Of a stretch of 64,000 bases of DNA, positions 47,408 through 55,467 are shown piece by piece; positions within the stretch are counted from its first letter, which is position 1; every line of letters begins with the position of its first letter. This DNA comes from a virus (taxonomy: Duplodnaviria > Caudoviricetes), in IMG/VR virus record IMGVR_UViG_3300047160_009226, positions 32,001 through 96,000 of that record, one strand, 5' to 3'. A program made the translations under genes and the position numbers. The notes beneath the pieces were generated by a model. The model saw only the letters and a list, made by a program, of their open reading frames with translations. It was not told the DNA's origin and ran no database searches.

Positions 47408-48544
47408 TTAGTCTTCCCAGGGCAATCTTTTCATTTCTTCATCTTCAGTCACAACTTCTTCTGTTGCGGCTTTCTGATCAGATTCCTTCCTCGTATACAC
47501 TGATTGATCTCGTGGAAAGAAACTCGGAATAAATGGTCTGGCTCCAACCATCCGACTATACTCAGGTAAACTTCCATTTTTCTTCGCGTCGTTATAAGCT
47601 TGTCGACAGACATCGAGATGCGCTGATATCATGTCGAGATGATGAAGGATAATAGCTTCTGGCGTTTTGGGCTTGACAGCGCCCATTTCCTGCCCATGAT
47701 GAGCTGCCAATGCGTGCATAAGTCGTAGACCACGGTCAATCGCTTCTGATGAATCCTTGACCCAGTATCGCTCGACCATCAAGACCCCGACAATCGTATG
47801 CTCCAGACAGTCGCTGATCGGATTAGATTGAAACTGCAGCGTCCTCTCATCGTAGTCATAGACCTTGCCAATGTCATGAAGAACAATCCCTGCCCGAAGA
47901 ATCTGATAATCGATCAGACCGGGATAATGCTCTGGTCCATGCACATGAAAAACATCTTTGCTAGGATCTCTCCCACCAGGATCAAGAACACTTTGCCCAA
48001 ACACATTCGCGTTGCAAATTCTCTCAGAAAACTCCAGCATCTCGTCGATATGAAGTAGGAATCCACCACGAACACTGTGGTGATAAGAAGCTCCCGCCGG
48101 AATTGCTTTGATCTTCTCCCACACTCCGTCTCGCTTGAGATGTTCTTCTACACCTTTCATAAGAGTCTGCATGCCATGATCCCAAAATGGCCAATGGAAC
48201 ATCCTGTCAATCACTCGATCCACATCGATAACTGATTTCTCCACGAATTGTTCCTTGACTGCCTCATGAACCTCATCAAGCTTATAAAGCCAATAACCAT
48301 TAATAACCAGTTGTTTCTGCCCTCTGAACACATTCTCATAAGACTTCACTTTCCCCCAGTACTGACCTTCCTGAGGCAGATAACATTCCTTGATTCCTTC
48401 GAGGCCATCACTCCAGAGACGAGCCTCGTACTTGTCTCCTTTTGCATCCAGAAGTTCCAAAGCGTAATATGGCTCGTTATTCTTAGTAGTTCGACGCTCA
48501 GAACGAACCACTTTGAAATCAACTTTGATCTCGTCTCGTGGCAT
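47408..48544 (-). CDS. OB-fold + HD-domain nuclease (YhaM/Cbf1-like)
   Basis: YHHSVRGGFLLH, LHDIGK, HHG, LHHLD; N-terminal OB-like segment; start MPRDEI (track 48640). Confidence 0.8.
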   Translation of the reverse strand: MPRDEIKVDFKVVRSERRTTKNNEPYYALELLDAKGDKYEARLWSDGLEGIKECYLPQEGQYWGKVKSYENVFRGQKQLVINGYWLYKLDEVHEAVKEQFVEKSVIDVDRVIDRMFHWPFWDHGMQTLMKGVEEHLKRDGVWEKIKAIPAGASYHHSVRGGFLLHIDEMLEFSERICNANVFGQSVLDPGGRDPSKDVFHVHGPEHYPGLIDYQILRAGIVLHDIGKVYDYDERTLQFQSNPISDCLEHTIVGVLMVERYWVKDSSEAIDRGLRLMHALAAHHGQEMGAVKPKTPEAIILHHLDMISAHLDVCRQAYNDAKKNGSLPEYSRMVGARPFIPSFFPRDQSVYTRKESDQKAATEEVVTEDEEMKRLPWED

Positions 48545-48989
48545 TGCGATTCCCTTTCGTGGATCTCTTGGGTGTGGATCTCTTGGGTGTAGACTTAGTA
48601 GCCTCAACTTCTCTTTCAGCCTGAGTCCGTAAACTTTCACCTACGCAAATAAGTGCCGCCACTGCTCCCTGAGCCCTACACAACATACTCTCATGAGTCA
48701 AGAATTCTCGGAGTGCTGCGGGATCATTGGCTATGTCTCCATCCTTCGCTTTGGCAAGACGGTCTATGGCCTCGGCCATCCAGGAAATTGCCGTTGGTAA
48801 AAACGGCACGTATTTCTGCAATTCCCTGACTTGCCCCTCGATAAAAACAGGAGAACTCTCTCCAGAGGAGACTTGTGTAAGAATCCCTAGGATGGTCGAT
48901 AAGAGTTGATGTTCAATGTTGATGACTACAAGCGGTTTCTTACCCACAGACTCTTTTTCTCTCATCCTAAACACCTCGAATAAAATCAT
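48519..48989 (-). CDS. hypothetical protein with a basic TPKRS x2 tail
   Basis: 15-bp tandem duplication near 48559-48588. Confidence 0.5.
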   Translation of the reverse strand: MILFEVFRMREKESVGKKPLVVINIEHQLLSTILGILTQVSSGESSPVFIEGQVRELQKYVPFLPTAISWMAEAIDRLAKAKDGDIANDPAALREFLTHESMLCRAQGAVAALICVGESLRTQAEREVEATKSTPKRSTPKRSTKGNRNATRRDQS

Positions 48990-50244
48990 TAATCAGTGAT
49001 TCCATTTTATGCTTATCCCAGTATGGAATCACCAACAAAGGAACTCCATTATCATCAGCATACTGTTTTTTAATCTGATCACGTTTTTGGATCTTCTCAA
49101 GTTCAGCCTCCCTTTCTTCCTTAGTCCTAGAAGAACCTCGACGACTTGGTTCATAATGATGAAGACCCTGATATTCAATTAGAAACCGCTTCCTATCGGG
49201 AAGCCAAACCAGAAAATCAAAAGGAAGATGACACTGATACTTACAATCATCAAACCTGACTTCTCGTTCAAACCGATATCCTCGCTGAGAAAGAATTGAA
49301 ACAATGGCTTTCTCACCTTGTGATTCGTTACAATAAGGGCAACTACGCTCATTTGACATTCGTCCGTTAATCGAAACATTCCACTCGTGCTCGTCTACAG
49401 TTAGACATCTCCACCAAACTCTTCTACTAGAACCAAAAGTAACGTTCTGAGGCGTCAAAGAACCATTTCTAATGGGATGCCATTGTGCTGCTAATTCAGG
49501 ATGCGTCGTTGCTAAACAATTTGATGGTACAACCACTCGACCGCTGCAACAAGCACACCCATTACCATTTAACCGACTAGCTATCGTAGCTTCCCACTCA
49601 TGATCCGAGACAACAGGACATCTCCACCACGCCTTCTTAGTAGAAGTAGCAACAATATCATACGATGTCAGAGATCCATTTTTAATAGGGTGCCATTGAA
49701 CCGCCAATTCAGGATGCGTTGTCATCAAACAATTTGAAATAACCGCAGTGCGATTAGCACAACACGGACAACCAATACCCTTCTTAGCTCGATTACTTAC
49801 CCATGATTCCCATTCATGATCATCAGCAACTGGGCACTTCCACCAGACCTTCCTGTAAGAACCAGAGACAACATCATATGGTGTTAGAGAACCATTCTTA
49901 GTCGGATGCCACTGAGCCGCCAGGTCCGTGTGAGTTATCACTAAACAATTCGATGGTACTACAAGCTGCCGTGAGCAACAAGGACAGCCGCTATTAAAAA
50001 AAGTTCTACCACTTACCTTCACTCGCCATTCATGATCGTCAGCAACTGGACACTTCCACCATATCATCTTGTTAGATCCAAAACTTATATTATCAGGTGT
50101 CAAAAAACCGTTTCTAGTCGGATGCCACTGTGCTGCCAATTCAGGATGTGTAAAAGACAGTCTGTTCTGATCGCTAAGCCTAGCCACAATACACCCCGTC
50201 AAGAAAACCCGGGCTCCAATCATTTGGAGCCCAGATAAAATCAC
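48967..50244 (-). CDS. zinc-ribbon repeat protein (DUF4379-type x4) with a C-terminal PD-(D/E)xK/Vsr-like nuclease
   Basis: HPELAAQWHP.(K/R)N..WWKC..HEW..R..C.(C/Y)C repeats; PFDF..LIEYQGLHHY; LLVIPYW. Confidence 0.8.
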   Translation of the reverse strand: MILSGLQMIGARVFLTGCIVARLSDQNRLSFTHPELAAQWHPTRNGFLTPDNISFGSNKMIWWKCPVADDHEWRVKVSGRTFFNSGCPCCSRQLVVPSNCLVITHTDLAAQWHPTKNGSLTPYDVVSGSYRKVWWKCPVADDHEWESWVSNRAKKGIGCPCCANRTAVISNCLMTTHPELAVQWHPIKNGSLTSYDIVATSTKKAWWRCPVVSDHEWEATIASRLNGNGCACCSGRVVVPSNCLATTHPELAAQWHPIRNGSLTPQNVTFGSSRRVWWRCLTVDEHEWNVSINGRMSNERSCPYCNESQGEKAIVSILSQRGYRFEREVRFDDCKYQCHLPFDFLVWLPDRKRFLIEYQGLHHYEPSRRGSSRTKEEREAELEKIQKRDQIKKQYADDNGVPLLVIPYWDKHKMESLINDFIRGV

Positions 50245-50245
50245 C

Positions 50246-52399
50246 TCAGTTGCTGAACTGCCACTGACGAGGATACCTCTTCAAGATGTGCCACGCCGCC
50301 AAAAGCTCGTTCACATCATTCAAACCGGCCAAGGCAAGCAAGTGACCCCTCATCGTATCTGGCCGATTAAATCCCTGGAAGTCCTTGGCAACAGCCCCGT
50401 CACACACACTGGCCATGAAGCGAATTCCCTTCCGAATCTCATCGGCAAGAGTCGGTGTAATAATTGGTTCAATCCAGTTGTTCCGGGAACGCTCCGAAAC
50501 CAAAATCCCTTCAACCTTTGACTTCGCCCGGATCACCTTCTCAGCTTCTGCCTGCGCCTTGACCTTTGCCTCCAATTCCTGTGCAGCCTTCAGGATCGCG
50601 TCCATACGATCCTGATACTCCTGCTGCGTCTCCCCTTTAACCGTCACCTGCGACCCCTGAGGAGCCACAGGAGCCGCCGCGGTAACCGTCGCGTCGATCG
50701 CGTTAGCGATCAATGCCATCTTCTTAGCGATCAAGCTGTGGATATGCTTCTCCAGCGGATGACGCGTGATCAACCGAGTAATCTGGCAAGGCTTGGTCTG
50801 TCCGATACGGCAGATTCGGTCCTCAGCCTGAATGTTGTTCGCGGGCGTCCAGTTGAGATCATTAAAGATCGCCTTCCATGCATGAGTCAGAGTCAGACCA
50901 GTACCACCCGCAGTAATCGTGAGCGCGATTCCCTTCAACTGACCCGCCTGGAAGGCGTCGATGACTGCCTGACGATCCTCCGGCTTCATTCCACCCTTGA
51001 TCACACCCCAGCCCTGTCGAGCACCACAAGCGTCCACAGGAGCGATGTGATCAGAGAAGACAACCAACGGGATGTTCTGCTCTTCGTGTTCTTCAACCAT
51101 TTCCAGAAGAGCAGGAATCTTGGCGATAGCAAGCTCGTTCTTGATCTTACTGAACTCTTCGAACCCAGGAAGCGTCTGCTCAACTTCCAACAGATCGCCC
51201 TGTTCCGCCCAAACCGCGTCGAGCTGCGACTGAAGATGATCCGGGATGTCATTGACTTCGACGTCCTGATACGTCTTCTTCGGCAGGTCCGGAAGAACTT
51301 CGGTCCGAATCCGACGAAGCATGACTCGACGGAGCCGTTCCGGAACCGACCGGTCAACCTCAGTGCTCCATTCGATACCGCCCCACTTGCTCTTGGTCCG
51401 TGCACCGAAAAGACGCTTGAAATTGGTCCAACTACCGAAAGCTTCGTGTTGAAGACCAGCCGCACCGAGGACACTCCAGAGATTCCCCGGATTCGTCGTC
51501 AGAGCCGTCCCGGTGAGAAACCACACACGGCTAACCAAGTTCGCGAAGTTCTTGACCTTACGAGAACGTTGCGCCTTGTAGTTGGTCAAGAAATGAGCCT
51601 CATCGACGATCAACGTAATTCCCTTCAGTCGATCCAGTCCCTTCGGAAGATTAGCAACCGCCGTCTCATCCGTGGCGTCGTAGTTGAGCCACTTGGGAAG
51701 AATGTCATAGTTGACCACCACGATCTCGTTGGCTTTGGGGACCGGAAAACCACCCGTCTTCCGATCGTGCGACGACAGAACACGCACCGAAAACTCAGGA
51801 CGCCACTTAGCTGCTTCCTTCGCCCAATTGTATTTGAGTGTGTTCGGGCAGATCACGATCACCCGGTCGTCCTTAGCCAGTGACAGAAGCGCCTGAATCG
51901 TTTTGCCAAGACCCATGTCGTCACCGAGGAGCGCCCGGTCGCGGCGAGACAACCACTGCACACCCTTCTCCTGAAACGGATACAGACCAGCCGGAAGAAC
52001 CGCGTAGTCAGCCTGACTGAGCGTCCGAAGAACCGGATCGACCTGCAACTGCAACTGATCAGCAATCTCCAGGACTCGCATCCGATCCTGATCAGCCACA
52101 CTCACTGACCACTGCTTCCGACCGCCACAACCGCACTGGCAATCCTTCGCATGCCACTTGGCTCCCGGCATGGCTTGCAGCAAGGCCAAATTGTCCGGCT
52201 CGTATGGCATGGTGACGTAACCGTCCAGACCAAGCTTGCGCTCCGTCGAAGGAGCCTGACGCGCCTGGATCTGCTCTGGAGCGTGCGCCTTACAGTACGT
52301 CTGCCACGGTCCACGAACGTTCGACGCGAAACCCTTGCCCGTCTCAACCATCGTCCCGCACACACAGCACTTCTTGTCAAACTTGTTCAAAATCTGCAT
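50246..52399 (-). CDS. SNF2-family helicase/annealing ATPase (HARP-like)
   Basis: GDDMGLGKT, IVDEAH, LTGT, VVFSDH, AGGTGLTLT, QAEDRICRIGQ. Confidence 0.9.
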   Translation of the reverse strand: MQILNKFDKKCCVCGTMVETGKGFASNVRGPWQTYCKAHAPEQIQARQAPSTERKLGLDGYVTMPYEPDNLALLQAMPGAKWHAKDCQCGCGGRKQWSVSVADQDRMRVLEIADQLQLQVDPVLRTLSQADYAVLPAGLYPFQEKGVQWLSRRDRALLGDDMGLGKTIQALLSLAKDDRVIVICPNTLKYNWAKEAAKWRPEFSVRVLSSHDRKTGGFPVPKANEIVVVNYDILPKWLNYDATDETAVANLPKGLDRLKGITLIVDEAHFLTNYKAQRSRKVKNFANLVSRVWFLTGTALTTNPGNLWSVLGAAGLQHEAFGSWTNFKRLFGARTKSKWGGIEWSTEVDRSVPERLRRVMLRRIRTEVLPDLPKKTYQDVEVNDIPDHLQSQLDAVWAEQGDLLEVEQTLPGFEEFSKIKNELAIAKIPALLEMVEEHEEQNIPLVVFSDHIAPVDACGARQGWGVIKGGMKPEDRQAVIDAFQAGQLKGIALTITAGGTGLTLTHAWKAIFNDLNWTPANNIQAEDRICRIGQTKPCQITRLITRHPLEKHIHSLIAKKMALIANAIDATVTAAAPVAPQGSQVTVKGETQQEYQDRMDAILKAAQELEAKVKAQAEAEKVIRAKSKVEGILVSERSRNNWIEPIITPTLADEIRKGIRFMASVCDGAVAKDFQGFNRPDTMRGHLLALAGLNDVNELLAAWHILKRYPRQWQFSN

Positions 52400-52451
52400 T
52401 GATGTTCCCTTGTTGTCAACTTGTTCGTGTGAAGCACTCGCCTCACATGAT

Positions 52452-52480
52452 ACTATACTATCACCGCGAGTTTTTTTCTC
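52452..52480 (-). promoter_or_regulatory. phage promoter motif (GAGAAA-N17-TATAGT)
   Basis: Exact consensus. Confidence 0.7.
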
Positions 52481-52509
52481 GTCTTTTCCATGAATCTCAG
52501 AAAGTTTTA

Positions 52510-52767
52510 TCAGGCGTCGATCCGTTTAGCGGACCAGTCCGAAAAGACCATGTACGTGTGACCGTCGTTCCCCTGAAAATGCTGCACCTTCCGACCATCC
52601 GGCATCACATGCCGCCCCGGCAGCATCTTCACGCCCGTAACCTGGCGATACTTGTCGGTGTTGAAGAGAAAATCGTCGTGCTTCATAAGGAACAGCACGT
52701 TCTGATGACCGTTGTAGTTCCCACACAGCACGATGGACTTCTCAACCTTCTTATTCGCGGCTTTCAT
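52510..52767 (-). CDS. hypothetical protein
   Basis: Own promoter motif and RBS. Confidence 0.6.
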   Translation of the reverse strand: MKAANKKVEKSIVLCGNYNGHQNVLFLMKHDDFLFNTDKYRQVTGVKMLPGRHVMPDGRKVQHFQGNDGHTYMVFSDWSAKRIDA

Positions 52768-52809
52768 TGGTGTTCCTTTGTTCTCTATAAGACATCCATC
52801 TCACACAAT

Positions 52810-52838
52810 ACTATACTCGAACTACAAGTATTTTTCTT
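52810..52838 (-). promoter_or_regulatory. phage promoter motif (AAGAAA-N17-TATAGT)
   Basis: One mismatch to consensus. Confidence 0.65.
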
Positions 52839-52876
52839 TTCTTTTGGGCCTCCATGCCCACTTTTTCTCCCAAGCG

Positions 52877-53278
52877 TTACTTACCACCATGAGCAAACCA
52901 CCAGCGGGCGTCCCGATCCATCTGTCTGTAGTCATAGAACTCCTTCAATCCCAGCTTACGGAAACCCGCCATCTCAACTAGCCACAAACCGCCGCAGATG
53001 ATTACGTCTCCGACCGATACACTCCGCATCGGCTGCGGCTGGAAGTCGTTCTGGCCGTACTGAAAGATCAAGTCTAAGGCCTCGTCAGTCTTGAGGTCTG
53101 GTTTGTTCGGAATCTCGACTGTACGCGTCGGCACCTCTGACATGGTAGGATACTTGCCGTTCTCGAACGCTAGCATCTTGACCATGAACCGCCTGGTCGG
53201 CATCGCGTCGAACTCTTCCTTGACCTTGCGGGCTTCAGCTTCCATGTCCTCACGATAAACGTCGTTTGTCGTCCACAT
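52877..53278 (-). CDS. hypothetical protein, YodL-like C-terminal motif
   Basis: MRSVSVGDVII. Confidence 0.45.
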   Translation of the reverse strand: MWTTNDVYREDMEAEARKVKEEFDAMPTRRFMVKMLAFENGKYPTMSEVPTRTVEIPNKPDLKTDEALDLIFQYGQNDFQPQPMRSVSVGDVIICGGLWLVEMAGFRKLGLKEFYDYRQMDRDARWWFAHGGK

Positions 53279-53336
53279 CTTCGTCTTGTCCTTGTTCGTT
53301 GTAAACTTATACTGATTGAGACACGAGTCTCATAGT

Positions 53337-53365
53337 ACTATACTCTAACTATTATCGTTTTTCTC
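53337..53365 (-). promoter_or_regulatory. phage promoter motif (GAGAAA-N17-TATAGT)
   Basis: Exact consensus. Confidence 0.7.
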
Positions 53366-53380
53366 ATCTTTTTGATAAAG

Positions 53381-53815
53381 TCAACTGTCCATTATCTTAG
53401 ATATAGCCGCCGATCCATCAAATGGACGTCCCTCCTTTTCAGCCTGCTCTCTCTCCGCCCGTAACTTTGCCAATCTCTCCTCCACCTCCTCCATGGACAA
53501 ACCAGCACGAATTCGCTCATTACCCGATTCAGAAGTGCGGACATCATTGTCGACTTTGCGGTGATGACCTACCAGCTGTGCCAACTCTTCCACCCACGGT
53601 CCCTGATCGCTTTCTCCCACCCTGACCCATCCATTCGCAACAAATCGTCTCAATCGCTTATTCATCATAGCAGTCGGAATGCAAGAGAACCTTACCAACA
53701 CCTTAATAGATGGCCATTTTCGATCTCCAAATTGTGCCATCAATTTACGAAAAGCCTGCTCGTCACGCTTCCTCAGATCTCGCTGAGAAAAACTCTGCGG
53801 CGAGTTATGATCCAT
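53381..53815 (-). CDS. hypothetical protein (possible winged HTH)
   Basis: WPSIKVLV..RLRRFVANGWVRV. Confidence 0.5.
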   Translation of the reverse strand: MDHNSPQSFSQRDLRKRDEQAFRKLMAQFGDRKWPSIKVLVRFSCIPTAMMNKRLRRFVANGWVRVGESDQGPWVEELAQLVGHHRKVDNDVRTSESGNERIRAGLSMEEVEERLAKLRAEREQAEKEGRPFDGSAAISKIMDS

Positions 53816-53864
53816 TAGTTTCTCCTGTCAAAATAATTGTGGCATGCCTGCCACTCGATCCCAT

Positions 53865-54065
53865 CTAAAATGCTAAATCATCACCTTTCTTCTGAAAAGG
53901 CTCATTAGCAATAGTCTCGATGGCGTGTCCCACCGATTCTTGGGCCTTTTCCAGAGCACGAATCTGAGCGTCCGGTCCCTCAGGTTTGAGTTCGCGGGCC
54001 TTGTCCAAGTGTTGCTTAGCCTCATCAATGTAGGCGTCGGCGTTCTTGTCCTTAGTCTCGCTCAT
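53865..54065 (-). CDS. small hypothetical protein
   Basis: Coupled ORF. Confidence 0.55.
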   Translation of the reverse strand: MSETKDKNADAYIDEAKQHLDKARELKPEGPDAQIRALEKAQESVGHAIETIANEPFQKKGDDLAF

Positions 54066-54256
54066 GATAATGACTCCTTCTGTAGGGGACTAATCGGTTT
54101 GAGAGTGTCGTCCAACCTAGCCATACATCTCATGCAGTCACATGCCATACGGGAAGCATCCGCCCGATGACCACACTTATGACAATATACAGGGCGACCA
54201 TCAGAATGAGTTTCATTCTCAGTATGACACCAACTGCAAGTCCTGATAGATCTCAT
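54062..54256 (-). CDS. small zinc-finger protein
   Basis: CSWC..CHKC..CDCMRC. Confidence 0.55.
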   Translation of the reverse strand: MRSIRTCSWCHTENETHSDGRPVYCHKCGHRADASRMACDCMRCMARLDDTLKPISPLQKESLS

Positions 54257-54270
54257 GGAATCCCTCAGGG

Positions 54271-54657
54271 CTAATTCGGAAGATTCTCCAGTTCATCCGC
54301 TAGATCGCATTCCGGCATGTCAAGATCGTTTGGGAAATCGACATCCACACTATCGGTACTAAAAGCCTCGTATTCGTCCTTCCATGCTAAGTAATCCTGG
54401 CCGTTCTCACTCTCCTGCCAGTCCTCAGTTTCTCCGTCGTAATAATATTGCATATCCCAAGCAATACTCTCAACCCATTCCTTGGCCTCCTCAATTTTTT
54501 CGTTCAGGATGTTCAACTTCCCCTGGACCTTATCTTTCTCTTCCTCCATCACGACATTGTATCCTTTGATGGCGGTTTCCAGTTCAGCGTGGGCAGCCCT
54601 GATCGCGTCGATCAGTGCTAGCTTTTTCTTCTCTTGCTCTTTGTCAAGTGCCGTCAT
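54271..54657 (-). CDS. hypothetical acidic coiled-coil protein
   Basis: 128-aa ORF with GGAG RBS. Confidence 0.6.
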   Translation of the reverse strand: MTALDKEQEKKKLALIDAIRAAHAELETAIKGYNVVMEEEKDKVQGKLNILNEKIEEAKEWVESIAWDMQYYYDGETEDWQESENGQDYLAWKDEYEAFSTDSVDVDFPNDLDMPECDLADELENLPN

Positions 54658-54688
54658 GTCTCACTCCTGGTAAAACTTGTCAACTTCT

Positions 54689-54943
54689 CTACCCCACTAG
54701 TTTAGCATGAATCCTTCCAATAGACGTGAGAGCAACTTTCCAAAGTATTGCTCCCTTCACCGTCTTGCCAGAGGAGATCGACTGATATCTATCAACCTTC
54801 TCTATTAAACCCCTGCGAATCAACTGACGAGCAATATCAGGAGAAATCCAATCATGCCCGTTGTTTCGGTACACTCTCAACAGAATGGTTTCCTGACGCA
54901 CTGTCAAAGCGCGATATCTCCTCATTACACTTTTCGTCTGCAC
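54689..54943 (-). CDS. hypothetical protein
   Basis: GTG start, 84 aa. Confidence 0.45.
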   Translation of the reverse strand: MQTKSVMRRYRALTVRQETILLRVYRNNGHDWISPDIARQLIRRGLIEKVDRYQSISSGKTVKGAILWKVALTSIGRIHAKLVG

Positions 54944-54965
54944 GGATGCCTCTCGTCGTTAAACT

Positions 54966-55199
54966 TTAAACTTTTTCGTCAGCGAGAATGCTCATTCCGA
55001 TGGAAGTATTCCTAGCCAACTGAATGCATTCTTCAAGAGTCTGAGCCCCATCGAAGTACTGACCACCCTTGATCTTGATATTCCAGTGAGTTCGCTCTCC
55101 GGTCTCAGACCGAAGCATCCGATCGAACTCGTAAACGGAACCATCAATGGTGTACTGATAATGGCCATTAAAAACTTTCTTAAGCGCTTTTCTAGCCAC
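54966..55199 (-). CDS. hypothetical protein
   Basis: GTG start after GAGGGGAG; the track start 55250 lies inside the promoter motif. Confidence 0.5.
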   Translation of the reverse strand: MARKALKKVFNGHYQYTIDGSVYEFDRMLRSETGERTHWNIKIKGGQYFDGAQTLEECIQLARNTSIGMSILADEKV

Positions 55200-55239
55200 G
55201 ATCTCGTCTCCCCTCTTCAATGAACCCCACTGCCATCTT

Positions 55240-55268
55240 ACTATACCCATAGCATGATAGTTTTTCTC
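55240..55268 (-). promoter_or_regulatory. phage promoter motif (GAGAAA-N17-TATAGT)
   Basis: Exact -35 and -10 hexamers. Confidence 0.65.
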
Positions 55269-55298
55269 CTATTTTTCAATAATAATCTATCGAATAAA

Positions 55299-55347
55299 AC
55301 TCGATGGGCTGCACTGACACCATAGATATCAGTGCAGTCTATCGAGT
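55299..55347. terminator. 19-bp stem palindrome, probable terminator
   Basis: ACTCGATGGGCTGCACTGA-11nt-TCAGTGCAGTCTATCGAGT; TTTATT follows on the minus strand. Confidence 0.5.
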
Positions 55348-55467
55348 AAATCCGTCACCTACCCACCAGCTCCGTACTGGACAGCCGTAGAATTCCAACT
55401 ATCGCGGAGACCAAGTGTGGTGGTACCCATCTTGTAGTACGGAGTCACAATCGTCATGAAGACGAAG

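Noticed and set aside
48559-48588. TPKRS-TPKRS as a histone-like or kinase-site module
   Set aside because: A single 15-bp duplication in a short basic tail is too little evidence
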